The notes under the pieces: generated by a model
What the model saw: the letters and a program-made list of their open reading frames with translations, nothing else
What the model was told of the DNA's origin: nothing
The model's database searches: none
In this document: piece after piece, positions 29,120 through 38,056 of the stretch
How the letters are laid out: the number at the start of each line of letters is the position of its first letter
Position numbering within the stretch: position 1 is the first letter of the stretch
Made by a program: the position numbers and the translations under genes
Virus record (IMG/VR): IMGVR_UViG_3300035698_035310
Coordinates: 124,001 to 188,000 of that record
Length of the DNA stretch: 64,000 nucleotides
Direction: 5' to 3' (one strand)

Positions 29120-29234
29120 TCAGTTCTATGATTATTTGATAATTGTAATATATTTTCCGCTAATTTTTGCATTGACATTATCTATTTTTACTGTTAAAGT
29201 GTATTATTATTTATCATAAAAAGGATTAATTATA

Positions 29235-30536
29235 ATGACACATATATCGTTATATAATAGCATGTCGAGAGAAAAAGAAAAATTCAAACCAATAGACGAT
29301 TCTCGCGTAACTATGTATTATTGCGGTATCACCCCTTATGATAAACCACATCTTGGTAACGTAAGAGCGAGTATCACTGGTGATATGATATATAGACTGT
29401 TGCGGGTTTTTTATAAATCAGAAAATGTCATATATGCTAGAAATATTACTGACATAGATGATAAAATCGAAGCAAAAAGCCAAGAAACAGGAAGGTCTGC
29501 GATTGATATAACGAATGAAACTATTCAATGGTTTCATGAAACTATGAAAGTATTACATGTATTGCCACCGGATTTGGAGCCAAGGGTTTCTGATAATGAA
29601 GAATCTATGATGGATATGATTAACATATTACTTGATAAAAATATCGCATATAAATCAAATAATGGTGACATTTATTTTGAATTAGATAAATTTCCAGAAC
29701 ACGGAAAATTATGCCGCCACAGTCGCGAAGATTTAAATATAAATGAAGAACATTCTTCAGAAAAAAAACATCCACAAGATTTTGTTTTATGGAAAGAAAA
29801 TCATCAACGATTTGGTTGGCATATTGAATGTTCCGCGATGATTAAAAAGCATTTGGGTGACACTATCGATATTCATGGTGGTGGTGGTGATTTACGTTTC
29901 CCACATCATGAGAATGAAATAGCTCAAAGTGAAACTGCTAATGGTGTCCCATTGGCTAATTACTGGATGCATAACGGTATGATTACAGTGAACGGAAAGA
30001 AAATGGCTAAATCTACTGGAAGCTTTATTACAGTCGATGAAGCACTAGATCGTGTTCCCGGCGAAGCGATACGATTTTACATGCTTAAGACGCATTACCG
30101 TAAACCGTTTGATTGGTCGTGGGATGGTTTGATGGAAGCCAAGTCTGAACTTGATGGGTTATATAGAAAGATGCAGAAACGCACTTATGTTAAAATGGGT
30201 GGCGTGTCAGTACAAGTATTATATGCGTTGGCTGATGATTTGAATACACCATTGGTGATATCAGAATTATACAAAGAAGCGGATAAGGAAATATCTTCTT
30301 TATTGGATTCGGCGCAGCTATTGGGTATACTGAATCATACACCAGAAGAATGGTTTCATGGCACAACGAAAGATTCATTACTTGATGCATCGTCAATCGA
30401 GGCACTTATTGAAGTACGGAAACTATTGAAAGAAAATGGCGACTATGAATCTGCGGATATAACAAGAGATATATTATTAGGACAAGGCATTATACTTGAA
30501 GATAAACCAGATGGGACAACTTGGCGAAAAATATGA
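29235..30536 (+). CDS. cysS: cysteine--tRNA ligase
   Basis: YYCGITPYDKPHLGNVR, RNITDIDDKI, GWHIECSAM, DIHGGGGDLRFPHHENE, KMAKS. Confidence 0.95.
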   Translation: MTHISLYNSMSREKEKFKPIDDSRVTMYYCGITPYDKPHLGNVRASITGDMIYRLLRVFYKSENVIYARNITDIDDKIEAKSQETGRSAIDITNETIQWFHETMKVLHVLPPDLEPRVSDNEESMMDMINILLDKNIAYKSNNGDIYFELDKFPEHGKLCRHSREDLNINEEHSSEKKHPQDFVLWKENHQRFGWHIECSAMIKKHLGDTIDIHGGGGDLRFPHHENEIAQSETANGVPLANYWMHNGMITVNGKKMAKSTGSFITVDEALDRVPGEAIRFYMLKTHYRKPFDWSWDGLMEAKSELDGLYRKMQKRTYVKMGGVSVQVLYALADDLNTPLVISELYKEADKEISSLLDSAQLLGILNHTPEEWFHGTTKDSLLDASSIEALIEVRKLLKENGDYESADITRDILLGQGIILEDKPDGTTWRKI

Positions 30537-30784
30537 TTATAACACAACAAACTAATAGTCTAGATGAGTGTAGATATGTATGTTTGGACGACAATCAAAA
30601 TCTTACAGAATTAATGGATTTACTATATTGGCTGTCTGAAAATTGTTATAGAGTGCCAGGATTGGAATGGGTGTTTAGACGATTGGATCGATATAATCAA
30701 ATAATTATCACATTTGGTTTTAATTCATTAAGTGATTGTTATAATGATGAATATCATATGGCATTCAAGTTAAAATGGTTGTAG
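30521..30784 (+). CDS. FKLRW-family small protein
   Basis: LYWLSEN...YHMAFKLKWL. Confidence 0.7.
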   Translation: MAKNMIITQQTNSLDECRYVCLDDNQNLTELMDLLYWLSENCYRVPGLEWVFRRLDRYNQIIITFGFNSLSDCYNDEYHMAFKLKWL

Positions 30785-30868
30785 TATAATGTAAATAATA
30801 GATAGACAATTACTTAATAAAGTGTTATATTTAAAGAACATAATATTTTAAAATAGGAAGAGTTATAT

Positions 30869-31923
30869 ATGTTATATAATGACGATTGTTTAGTCGCAAT
30901 GAAAAAATTAATTGAAGAAAATACACAAGTGGATTCTATTGTAACCGATCCGCCATATCATCTAACCAACACAAATGATGAAAATAAAGGTTTCATGGGT
31001 AAACAATGGGATGGTGGCGATATTGCGTTTAATGTTGAAACATGGAAACTCGCATACGATCTTTTAAAACATGGTGGTCATTTAATAGCGTTTAGTGCAT
31101 CAAGAACATATCATCATATGGTGGTAGCCATTGAAAATGCGGGATTTGAAATACGTGATCAACTTATGTGGCTTTATAGTTCAGGTTTTCCTAAAGGACA
31201 TAATATATCTAAAGGATTAGAAAAAACCGGTGCAACACCTGTTGACATTGAAACATGGGAGGGATGGAATACGGTGTTAAAGCCAGCACATGAACCAATA
31301 GTTTTAGCCAGAAAGCCATTAGAACCTGACTCGACTATTGCGCAAAACGTGTTGAAACATGACACAGGTGGTTTGAATATAGCCGACTGTAGCGTGGGCG
31401 ATGAAAAAAGATTCAATCCAAGTGCAAGTAGCAATAAAATTTATGGTCAATTTGAAGGATCAGAAAAAGATGGTAGAGATTCTACAGGTAGATATCCAAC
31501 AAACGTAATTCATGATGGATCAGATGATGTCAATGACGCTTTTCAAAAATATGCCCAATCGGGTGAAAATCCTATTCGTTTTTTTATGGGTCTAAAACAT
31601 CTGAAACTGAACGCAATCATGGATCAGCAAATATTAAAAATACACACCCAACTGTTAAACCACAAGATTTGATGCGTTATTTATGTCGTCTTATTACGCC
31701 TAAAAATGGAATAGTGTTTGATCCATTTATGGGTTCTGGATCAACCGGAATAGCTGCTAAAACTGAGGGTTTTGATTTTATTGGCATTGAACGCGAATTA
31801 GAATATTTTGAAATATCTAAAAAACGAATAGAAACTGCATATCATGTTCCTAACAAAAAAGTAGTGTTGTCTACAGACAACAATGATTCTGTGCCAGACC
31901 TTGATGATATATTCAAAGAATAA
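30869..31923 (+). pseudogene. beta-class DNA methyltransferase interrupted by a -1 frameshift at a T7 tract (31579-31585)
   Basis: TDPPY in ORF 30869-31672; shifting -1 at CGT TTT TTT restores RFFYGSK...NTHPTVKPQDLMRYLC...DPFMGSGSTG. Confidence 0.85.
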
Positions 31924-31943
31924 ATGTAATAGATTTAAATAAA

Positions 31944-32192
31944 ATGTGTAATCCATATATAAAAATATTTGAATATATCATGGATACACAATATTCAGAG
32001 ATATATAAATGGTTGCGCAATCACGGCGAAGATGGTATAGATTGGTGCATAGAAGACTACAATCAACAATATGTAATCAATGGTATGGATAATAACGTGA
32101 GTGTGGAATGTGATATGGTTGTAAAAATATATAATATTGATGTAGCGGCAGTTTTTGAAATGGAGCAAGTTGGTGGGCATAATGGAAAATAA
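31944..32192 (+). CDS. degenerate FKLRW-family small protein
   Basis: IYKWLRNH...DVAAVFEM. Confidence 0.55.
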   Translation: MCNPYIKIFEYIMDTQYSEIYKWLRNHGEDGIDWCIEDYNQQYVINGMDNNVSVECDMVVKIYNIDVAAVFEMEQVGGHNGK

Positions 32193-32403
32193 AAATAGAC
32201 ATATATCAGAAACAGGGCGTCATATTCTTGAAACACATCCATATGTAGTTGAGAATATTGATGACAGCGATTGTTTTGTTGATATCATATATTGGACACG
32301 GGCGGTGTTTGGTGGTAAGGAAGAACGGGTAATAACATGTTGGAATAATTATTATTTTAGACATGAAGTCGATTGTTTTAATTTTAAAATGAGGTGGTTG
32401 TAA
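32182..32403 (+). CDS. FKLRW-family small protein
   Basis: IIYWTRAV...HEVDCFNFKMRWL. Confidence 0.7.
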   Translation: MENKNRHISETGRHILETHPYVVENIDDSDCFVDIIYWTRAVFGGKEERVITCWNNYYFRHEVDCFNFKMRWL

Positions 32404-32996
32404 TGATTATAGGATTGACTGGTGGAATGGCATGTGGTAAATCGACATGTTCTAATATGATTAAGAAAATGGGAATTCAAGTGTTTGATGCTGATGCAGA
32501 AGCACACAAGTTGCTTGAGAGAGATGTGCGTGTTATTCGTGATATACAAGATCAACTACCACAGGCGGTGGACACAATTGATAGTAAAGAATTTATTAGT
32601 CGTGATAAATTATCGAAATTAATGCTAAATGATGATTCAGTTATTGAAATAGTCACTGAAGCAATAACTATTCCATTAAAATATGCTTTACTCCGATTTA
32701 TTGAACGCAATCGAGATAATAGATTCGCCGTTGTGGATGCGCCGATGTTATTTGAGTATAAGTGGGATACATATTGTGAAAAAATAATCACAGTTGATGC
32801 ACCGAGAGATCGACAAGAATTGCGAATAATGAAAAGACATGGTATGACTGAATTAAAAATGATGATATTACTTGATTTGCAGATGACATCAGAAGAACGA
32901 AATTTAAAATCAGATTATGTCATAGATAATGGATCGAGTTTATATAATACCAATGAACAAATAGTAAATATATTCTTGACATTGCAGCAAATATAA
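32403..32996 (+). CDS. coaE: dephospho-CoA kinase
   Basis: IIGLTGGMACGKST, VFDAD, VDAPMLFE, QELRIMKR, VIDNGS. Confidence 0.9.
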   Translation: MIIGLTGGMACGKSTCSNMIKKMGIQVFDADAEAHKLLERDVRVIRDIQDQLPQAVDTIDSKEFISRDKLSKLMLNDDSVIEIVTEAITIPLKYALLRFIERNRDNRFAVVDAPMLFEYKWDTYCEKIITVDAPRDRQELRIMKRHGMTELKMMILLDLQMTSEERNLKSDYVIDNGSSLYNTNEQIVNIFLTLQQI

Positions 32997-33030
32997 AGTA
33001 AAATATATTTTTAATCAATGGAGTATAAGA

Positions 33031-33192
33031 ATGGCAAAAAGTTCAAGAGGGCGCGGAAAAGGATCAACTGGAACCCGTAGCAAATCAAAACATAATAGCA
33101 AACGCGGTAAAGGCGTATTGAAAAAGGCAGCACGTCGTGTGACACGAACTAATTGTGTCCGCCGACCATGTCGTCAAGCAAGAAAGACATAA
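33031..33192 (+). CDS. 53-aa highly basic protein (not in ORF track)
   Basis: GGAG SD; MAKSSRGRGK...RRPCRQARKT, 20 K/R and no D/E. Confidence 0.7.
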   Translation: MAKSSRGRGKGSTGTRSKSKHNSKRGKGVLKKAARRVTRTNCVRRPCRQARKT

Positions 33193-33196
33193 TACA

Positions 33197-33799
33197 ATGC
33201 AGTTTCCATTCATCAAATCAAATGTAACATTGGGGCTATTCATGAAAAATGAATATGTCAAAGTGAAATCACGATATACCAAATTATATGAACTTGCGAG
33301 ACATTATTGGTTTGAATTGGTTTGTTTATCTATTTTAATGATGGTTATTATATCAAGTATGGATAAAACATATACGCCAGTGGTTATAACACCAGTAGGT
33401 GTGGAAACAACATCAAACACTATCGCCGTTCAACCATCAAATACATACATTGATTTAAATTCAATTGTGCGATATAAATCGACGATGATGGACAATGAAA
33501 CTGTTGGTGATATAGAACGGCACGATCTTATTAATGCGCATGAAAACAAGTTTGTTGGTCAACGTATAATTCACACTGGCAAACTTGATATAATAGATAC
33601 AAAATATGATCATTATGCATTATATATATCAACCGCCAGTATATATGATGACGCGAAGTGTAAAATTGATATAGATGATAAAAAAATAATATATACACTA
33701 CGCGAGGACGCAATTGTAACTATAAAAGGGTCAATTGAAGAAATCACGTTCAATTATAATATTGCAGATTGCGTTGTTGTGATGCCTGATGAAAAATAA
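33197..33799 (+). CDS. membrane-anchored hypothetical protein, possible OB fold
   Basis: one TM segment followed by a beta-rich domain; start uncertain. Confidence 0.55.
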   Translation: MQFPFIKSNVTLGLFMKNEYVKVKSRYTKLYELARHYWFELVCLSILMMVIISSMDKTYTPVVITPVGVETTSNTIAVQPSNTYIDLNSIVRYKSTMMDNETVGDIERHDLINAHENKFVGQRIIHTGKLDIIDTKYDHYALYISTASIYDDAKCKIDIDDKKIIYTLREDAIVTIKGSIEEITFNYNIADCVVVMPDEK

Positions 33800-34053
33800 T
33801 GAGTGATGAAAAATCTATATTTCATGACGTTGAAGAATCCAACACCGACGTGGGAATTGAGTATACACTTTGGGGAAGTTATGATATAATCATCGAAGTT
33901 ATGAATTGGCTACATGAACATTATCCATCGACGTGGGGAATTGAATGGACTGTCGATCATCATAATAGACACGACGCGATAAACGTTGTATTCAATTTAA
34001 AAGAATGCAATACTGATGCAGCACTTATGGGGTTTAAATTGAGATGGTTGTAA
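33799..34053 (+). CDS. FKLRW-family small protein
   Basis: VMNWLHEH...DAALMGFKLRWL. Confidence 0.75.
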   Translation: MSDEKSIFHDVEESNTDVGIEYTLWGSYDIIIEVMNWLHEHYPSTWGIEWTVDHHNRHDAINVVFNLKECNTDAALMGFKLRWL

Positions 34054-34433
34054 AAAATTTTATAGCATTGCCACACGATCCGTATTTTTCTAATGTAGTA
34101 ATAACTAATAGAGAGCCGGATAAAATGAGAGTGTATATACAACATAAAGGAGCAACGCCGTATAATAATCAATCACATACAACATTATCTATATTGGCTA
34201 CATCTGTTTATGTAATAGAATTAAACACCATGCCAATAGCAAAATATGTTTTTATAATGTTGTATCATTCAGATGTCATATTGATAAAAAATTTTGTTAA
34301 ACAAAACAACCTTGCTTGTTCGTTTTCAACGGGAAAAATTATAAAGGATCGAAATAATAATAAAAAGACTGGTTATCTATGTTCTACTAATGATGAAACC
34401 GCCGCAATGGCTATTAAAATGATGTGGAGTTGA
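34044..34433 (+). CDS. FKLRW-family protein
   Basis: ends DETAAMAIKMMWS. Confidence 0.65.
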   Translation: MVVKNFIALPHDPYFSNVVITNREPDKMRVYIQHKGATPYNNQSHTTLSILATSVYVIELNTMPIAKYVFIMLYHSDVILIKNFVKQNNLACSFSTGKIIKDRNNNKKTGYLCSTNDETAAMAIKMMWS

Positions 34434-34436
34434 ATA

Positions 34437-34712
34437 ATGAAAATTAACTGCGTGGAAAAAATGGATCATAAACCGGCATATGAAACTGTTGATGTTTGTA
34501 ATGACGGAATACAGGTACATATAATAAAACAGTGCCCGGCAAAATATACATGTTTGTTTCCTACTAGAAATGAGGCAATTATTTTTATTCGTGAATTGAA
34601 AAAAATACCAAGTATTGATTATCAACAGTATCATTTGGGTGATAGAAATCTATTGGAAGTTAATATTCATTCGAAAGACGCATTATTTTTGTTTTCATTG
34701 AGATGGTTATAA
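34437..34712 (+). CDS. FKLRW-family protein, tandem paralog 1
   Basis: ends SKDALFLFSLRWL. Confidence 0.7.
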   Translation: MKINCVEKMDHKPAYETVDVCNDGIQVHIIKQCPAKYTCLFPTRNEAIIFIRELKKIPSIDYQQYHLGDRNLLEVNIHSKDALFLFSLRWL

Positions 34713-34713
34713 T

Positions 34714-34992
34714 ATGTCAATACATATAGAATGCGTAAATCGAATGATTGAACGACCTGTATTCGTAGACATCGAAACTGTTGGTGGTAGAGGTGTTATA
34801 ATACAAGACCAGCATGATTCGATACCAGCAGAATTTAATATATTTTCAGATACGAATAAAGAGTTGCATAAAATAATGAATGAAATATCACGTATGCATG
34901 GTGTAACAATTACAGATACTCGTGATCTCTGGGCAACTATTAATGTTAATACAAAAGAATCATTGCTTTTGTTTTCATTGAGGTGGCGGTAA
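34714..34992 (+). CDS. FKLRW-family protein, tandem paralog 2
   Basis: ends TKESLLLFSLRWR. Confidence 0.7.
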   Translation: MSIHIECVNRMIERPVFVDIETVGGRGVIIQDQHDSIPAEFNIFSDTNKELHKIMNEISRMHGVTITDTRDLWATINVNTKESLLLFSLRWR

Positions 34993-34993
34993 T

Positions 34994-35275
34994 ATGACGG
35001 AATTGTATATACATCAAACTGTGCGGATGCACCATAAGCCATCATTTGAACAATACAACACCTTGGGTGGTGGTGGTTACATCAATTATACGAATGAGTT
35101 TGTACCAGCAGAATTTATTTGCAACGCAGATGATTCTGCAACATTACTTGCGTTTATAGACGAGTTGAGAATATTACCCGGTCTTCAAGTTGACAGAGAG
35201 CATCATCAATCTGAGATTACCGTTAAAATTCATTCAAAAGAAACATTATTAATATTTTGGTTGAGGTGGATGTGA
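34994..35275 (+). CDS. FKLRW-family protein, tandem paralog 3
   Basis: ends SKETLLIFWLRWM. Confidence 0.7.
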   Translation: MTELYIHQTVRMHHKPSFEQYNTLGGGGYINYTNEFVPAEFICNADDSATLLAFIDELRILPGLQVDREHHQSEITVKIHSKETLLIFWLRWM

Positions 35276-35433
35276 TGTTATATAGATTTAAAGATATGGA
35301 CGTTAAGCCGGATGAAAACATAAAAGAATGGTGCAATGAAAATTTAACAGACGGTGAAGTAGAATTTGGTGCTACTACCATTTACATACAATCGGAGATA
35401 GATGCAATGGCGTTTGAATTAAGATGGATTTAA
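35275..35433 (+). CDS. minimal 52-aa FKLRW-family protein (not in ORF track)
   Basis: MLYRFKD...IKEWCNEN...SEIDAMAFELRWI; TGATG overlap. Confidence 0.75.
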   Translation: MLYRFKDMDVKPDENIKEWCNENLTDGEVEFGATTIYIQSEIDAMAFELRWI

Positions 35434-35435
35434 CA

Positions 35436-36158
35436 TTATTTATGTTTACAATTGTCATTATGCCACCTATTTAATGCTCCATAATTTCGAGTTGATAAAT
35501 TGCAATGAGGGCATGTTTTATATGGCTGTGATAATTTTGCTTTAGACATTTTATTTTTAGCCGATATTGTTTTAGGTTTTCCTTTTGCCGCATTGCTCAT
35601 TTTTTGTTTAGTTGTTTCGGAGTGTGTTCTTCCGTATTTACCTGTTAATGCCGCGCTAATACATTTTTTAGTTTCTTTGCTGAGTTTTTTACCTATATTC
35701 GCCAAAAATAATTTTTGTTTGGTTTCTGCTGTATGTTTTTTGCCTACCCCCGCTAAAGATAATTTTTGTTTGGTTTCTTCTGATAATTTCTTACCTTTAT
35801 GAGCATTGCTTATTTTTAATTTAGTTTTTTCAGTATGTTTGTATCCACTTTTACAATAAAATTTATTGTCGCCGTTGTGTTGATTTAGATAATTTGTATT
35901 ATTGGCTGCGTCAATTTTTGATAAAACTTTGCTTTCCCATAATCTGGCTTTTTTTGGATTATTTGGAAATTCTTTACGTATTTCATATATAAAATTTTCT
36001 AATCCATATTTTTGTATAAGGCTTTCGATAATTGCCGATGAAGTAAAATATGTAGACCACAAATCAGATGGGTGGCAGTTTTTAGCATATCTTACCCCAT
36101 AATAATGTTGGCCCGTTTCTAAAAAAGTTATGCGATATGTATAAGGTATATGATTCAT
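35436..36158 (-). CDS. GIY-YIG-type homing endonuclease with NUMOD3-like repeats
   Basis: YTYRIT...HYYGVR, YFTSS; repeated (H/L)(T/S)EETKQK(I/L)S...GK units; terminal CPHC. Confidence 0.85.
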   Translation of the reverse strand: MNHIPYTYRITFLETGQHYYGVRYAKNCHPSDLWSTYFTSSAIIESLIQKYGLENFIYEIRKEFPNNPKKARLWESKVLSKIDAANNTNYLNQHNGDNKFYCKSGYKHTEKTKLKISNAHKGKKLSEETKQKLSLAGVGKKHTAETKQKLFLANIGKKLSKETKKCISAALTGKYGRTHSETTKQKMSNAAKGKPKTISAKNKMSKAKLSQPYKTCPHCNLSTRNYGALNRWHNDNCKHK

Positions 36159-36165
36159 CTTGATT

Positions 36166-36272
36166 TTCCTTGGCTTTTATGATAGTATAAATAATAAAGT
36201 AGTGGGACAGCCCAACTTCCTTGGCGGGTTTTAGTTGTTGAAACCAACTAATTACCACTATATCTATTTATT
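36166..36272. promoter_or_regulatory. convergent TATAAATA-type boxes flanking a structured element; SD-complementary repeat
   Basis: TATAAATA (+) 36186-36193; AATAAATA (-) 36272-36265; TTCCTTGGC at 36166-36174 (SD of GIY-YIG gene on -) repeated at 36217-36225; stem TAGTGG/CCACTA. Confidence 0.6.
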
Positions 36273-36288
36273 TTTTGGAGTTAAAATC

Positions 36289-37506
36289 ATGAATGACCAT
36301 CGCGAGATTGCTACAGCTTTAGACTTATTTCATTTTGAGGAGCATTCACCAGGAATGGTATATTGGCATCCTGAAGGGTTTAAATTATATCGAACCATAG
36401 AAGAATATATGCGAAGCATGCATGAAAAATATGGATATAAAGAAATTAGAACACCAATAATGGTCAATAAATCTTTATGGAAATTGTCTGGTCATTGGGA
36501 TAAATTTCAAGACAATATTTTTATTGCTGGTGAAATAGGTGAAGTAATAAGCGATGAGTTAATTTATACTGACGGGCAATATGTAATGTCTCCGATGAAT
36601 TGTCCAAATCATATACAAGTGTACCAAAAGGGAACAAAGTCTTACAAGATGCTACCTGATCGTTTATTTGAATTTGGTGTGGTGCATCGCAATGAACCAT
36701 CTGGATCATTGGCTGGCATTATGAGATTGCGAAGTTTTACACAAGATGACTCGCATATACACTGTACTGAAGATCAAATTTTGAGTGAAACAACCAATTT
36801 TATCAATATGCTTCAAGAAGTTTATTCTAAGTTTGGGTTCAATGACGTCGCTGTAAAACTTGCCACTCGATGTGAAGAACGCATTGGCGACGATGCCAGT
36901 TGGGATAAAGCCGAGAAAGCATTAGAAGATGCTTGTATACATCTTGGATTGGAATACACAATTAATCCCGGTGAATCAGCATTCTATGGCCCAAAACTTG
37001 AGTTCACGCTACAAGATAGCCTTGGTCGTGATTGGCAATGTGGAACCATCCAGATTGATTTTAACATGTGCGAACGATTGGGTGCTACATACATTGACGA
37101 AAATGGTGATAAGAAACATCCGGTATTGATTCACCATGCTGTATTGGGAAGTTTGGAACGCTGGGTTGGTGTATTGCTTGAGAACAGCAATGGTGAACTA
37201 CCGTTGTGGCTTGCCCCTACACAAGTGGTTGTTGCCAGTATTACCAGTGATGTTAATGACTATGCTGAAGAGAAAATGGTTACACTTAGTGGTATCGGAT
37301 ATCGAGTTGAGTTGGATGACCGAAATGAAAAAATCGGTAAGAAAATCAAAGACGCACAGAAACGACGTATTCCATATATGCTTATTGTGGGTAAAAAGGA
37401 AAAAGAGAATCAAATGGTCAACGTTCGCAAATTGAACGGCGACCAAGATGATATGGAGTTGATAGATTTTATAGGATCATTCGTCAAATCTACAAATGAA
37501 AGGTGA
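36289..37506 (+). CDS. thrS: threonine--tRNA ligase lacking the N-terminal TGS/editing domains
   Basis: starts at DHREI...DLFHF...PGMVYWHPEG; MNCPNH, HRNEPSG, FTQDDSH, AFYGPKL, WQCGTIQ; GGAG SD before ATG 36289. Confidence 0.93.
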   Translation: MNDHREIATALDLFHFEEHSPGMVYWHPEGFKLYRTIEEYMRSMHEKYGYKEIRTPIMVNKSLWKLSGHWDKFQDNIFIAGEIGEVISDELIYTDGQYVMSPMNCPNHIQVYQKGTKSYKMLPDRLFEFGVVHRNEPSGSLAGIMRLRSFTQDDSHIHCTEDQILSETTNFINMLQEVYSKFGFNDVAVKLATRCEERIGDDASWDKAEKALEDACIHLGLEYTINPGESAFYGPKLEFTLQDSLGRDWQCGTIQIDFNMCERLGATYIDENGDKKHPVLIHHAVLGSLERWVGVLLENSNGELPLWLAPTQVVVASITSDVNDYAEEKMVTLSGIGYRVELDDRNEKIGKKIKDAQKRRIPYMLIVGKKEKENQMVNVRKLNGDQDDMELIDFIGSFVKSTNER

Positions 37507-37699
37507 ACGTGTTTTTGATAAAATGAAACTCCCATATCCATGTTACGTTAATTATGGCGTTGACCCAGATATGGTAATCGAATGGTGTGATGAGAATATC
37601 GAGTGTAAATGGGGGTATTTTCATCAAAATAACGGAACTCTTTATATATACATTACAGATGATGTATATGGAATTGCATATAAGTTAAAATGGTCTTGA
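37496..37699 (+). CDS. FKLRW-family small protein
   Basis: VIEWCDEN...DDVYGIAYKLKWS. Confidence 0.75.
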   Translation: MKGERVFDKMKLPYPCYVNYGVDPDMVIEWCDENIECKWGYFHQNNGTLYIYITDDVYGIAYKLKWS

Positions 37700-37750
37700 C
37701 TGTTTTTATTTCTGTGTTAATATACGTATGAATATTAATGGAGAAGTAAA

Positions 37751-38056
37751 ATGGGCATGTTTGATTGGGTTAAAAGTGAATATTCGCTGCCACAAATGCA
37801 ACCACCAACCGATGAGTTTCAAACCAAAGACGCTTTCTGCAATCTTGATGTATACACATTAGATAAAGATGGCATACTGTGGGTTGAATATCAAGATTGG
37901 AGCATGAATGATCTTGGTGATAAAAAACTATCACATTTTGATGGCGAAATGTATTTCTATGGGTCTACCAAAGCTACAGGGCGCATGCAAGAATACTTAG
38001 CAGTATTCATTGATGGGACACTTGAAACAGTAGAGAAAGTTAATTATGGGCCGTAA
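37751..38056 (+). CDS. conserved phage hypothetical protein
   Basis: MGMFDWV, EFQTKD motif. Confidence 0.7.
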   Translation: MGMFDWVKSEYSLPQMQPPTDEFQTKDAFCNLDVYTLDKDGILWVEYQDWSMNDLGDKKLSHFDGEMYFYGSTKATGRMQEYLAVFIDGTLETVEKVNYGP

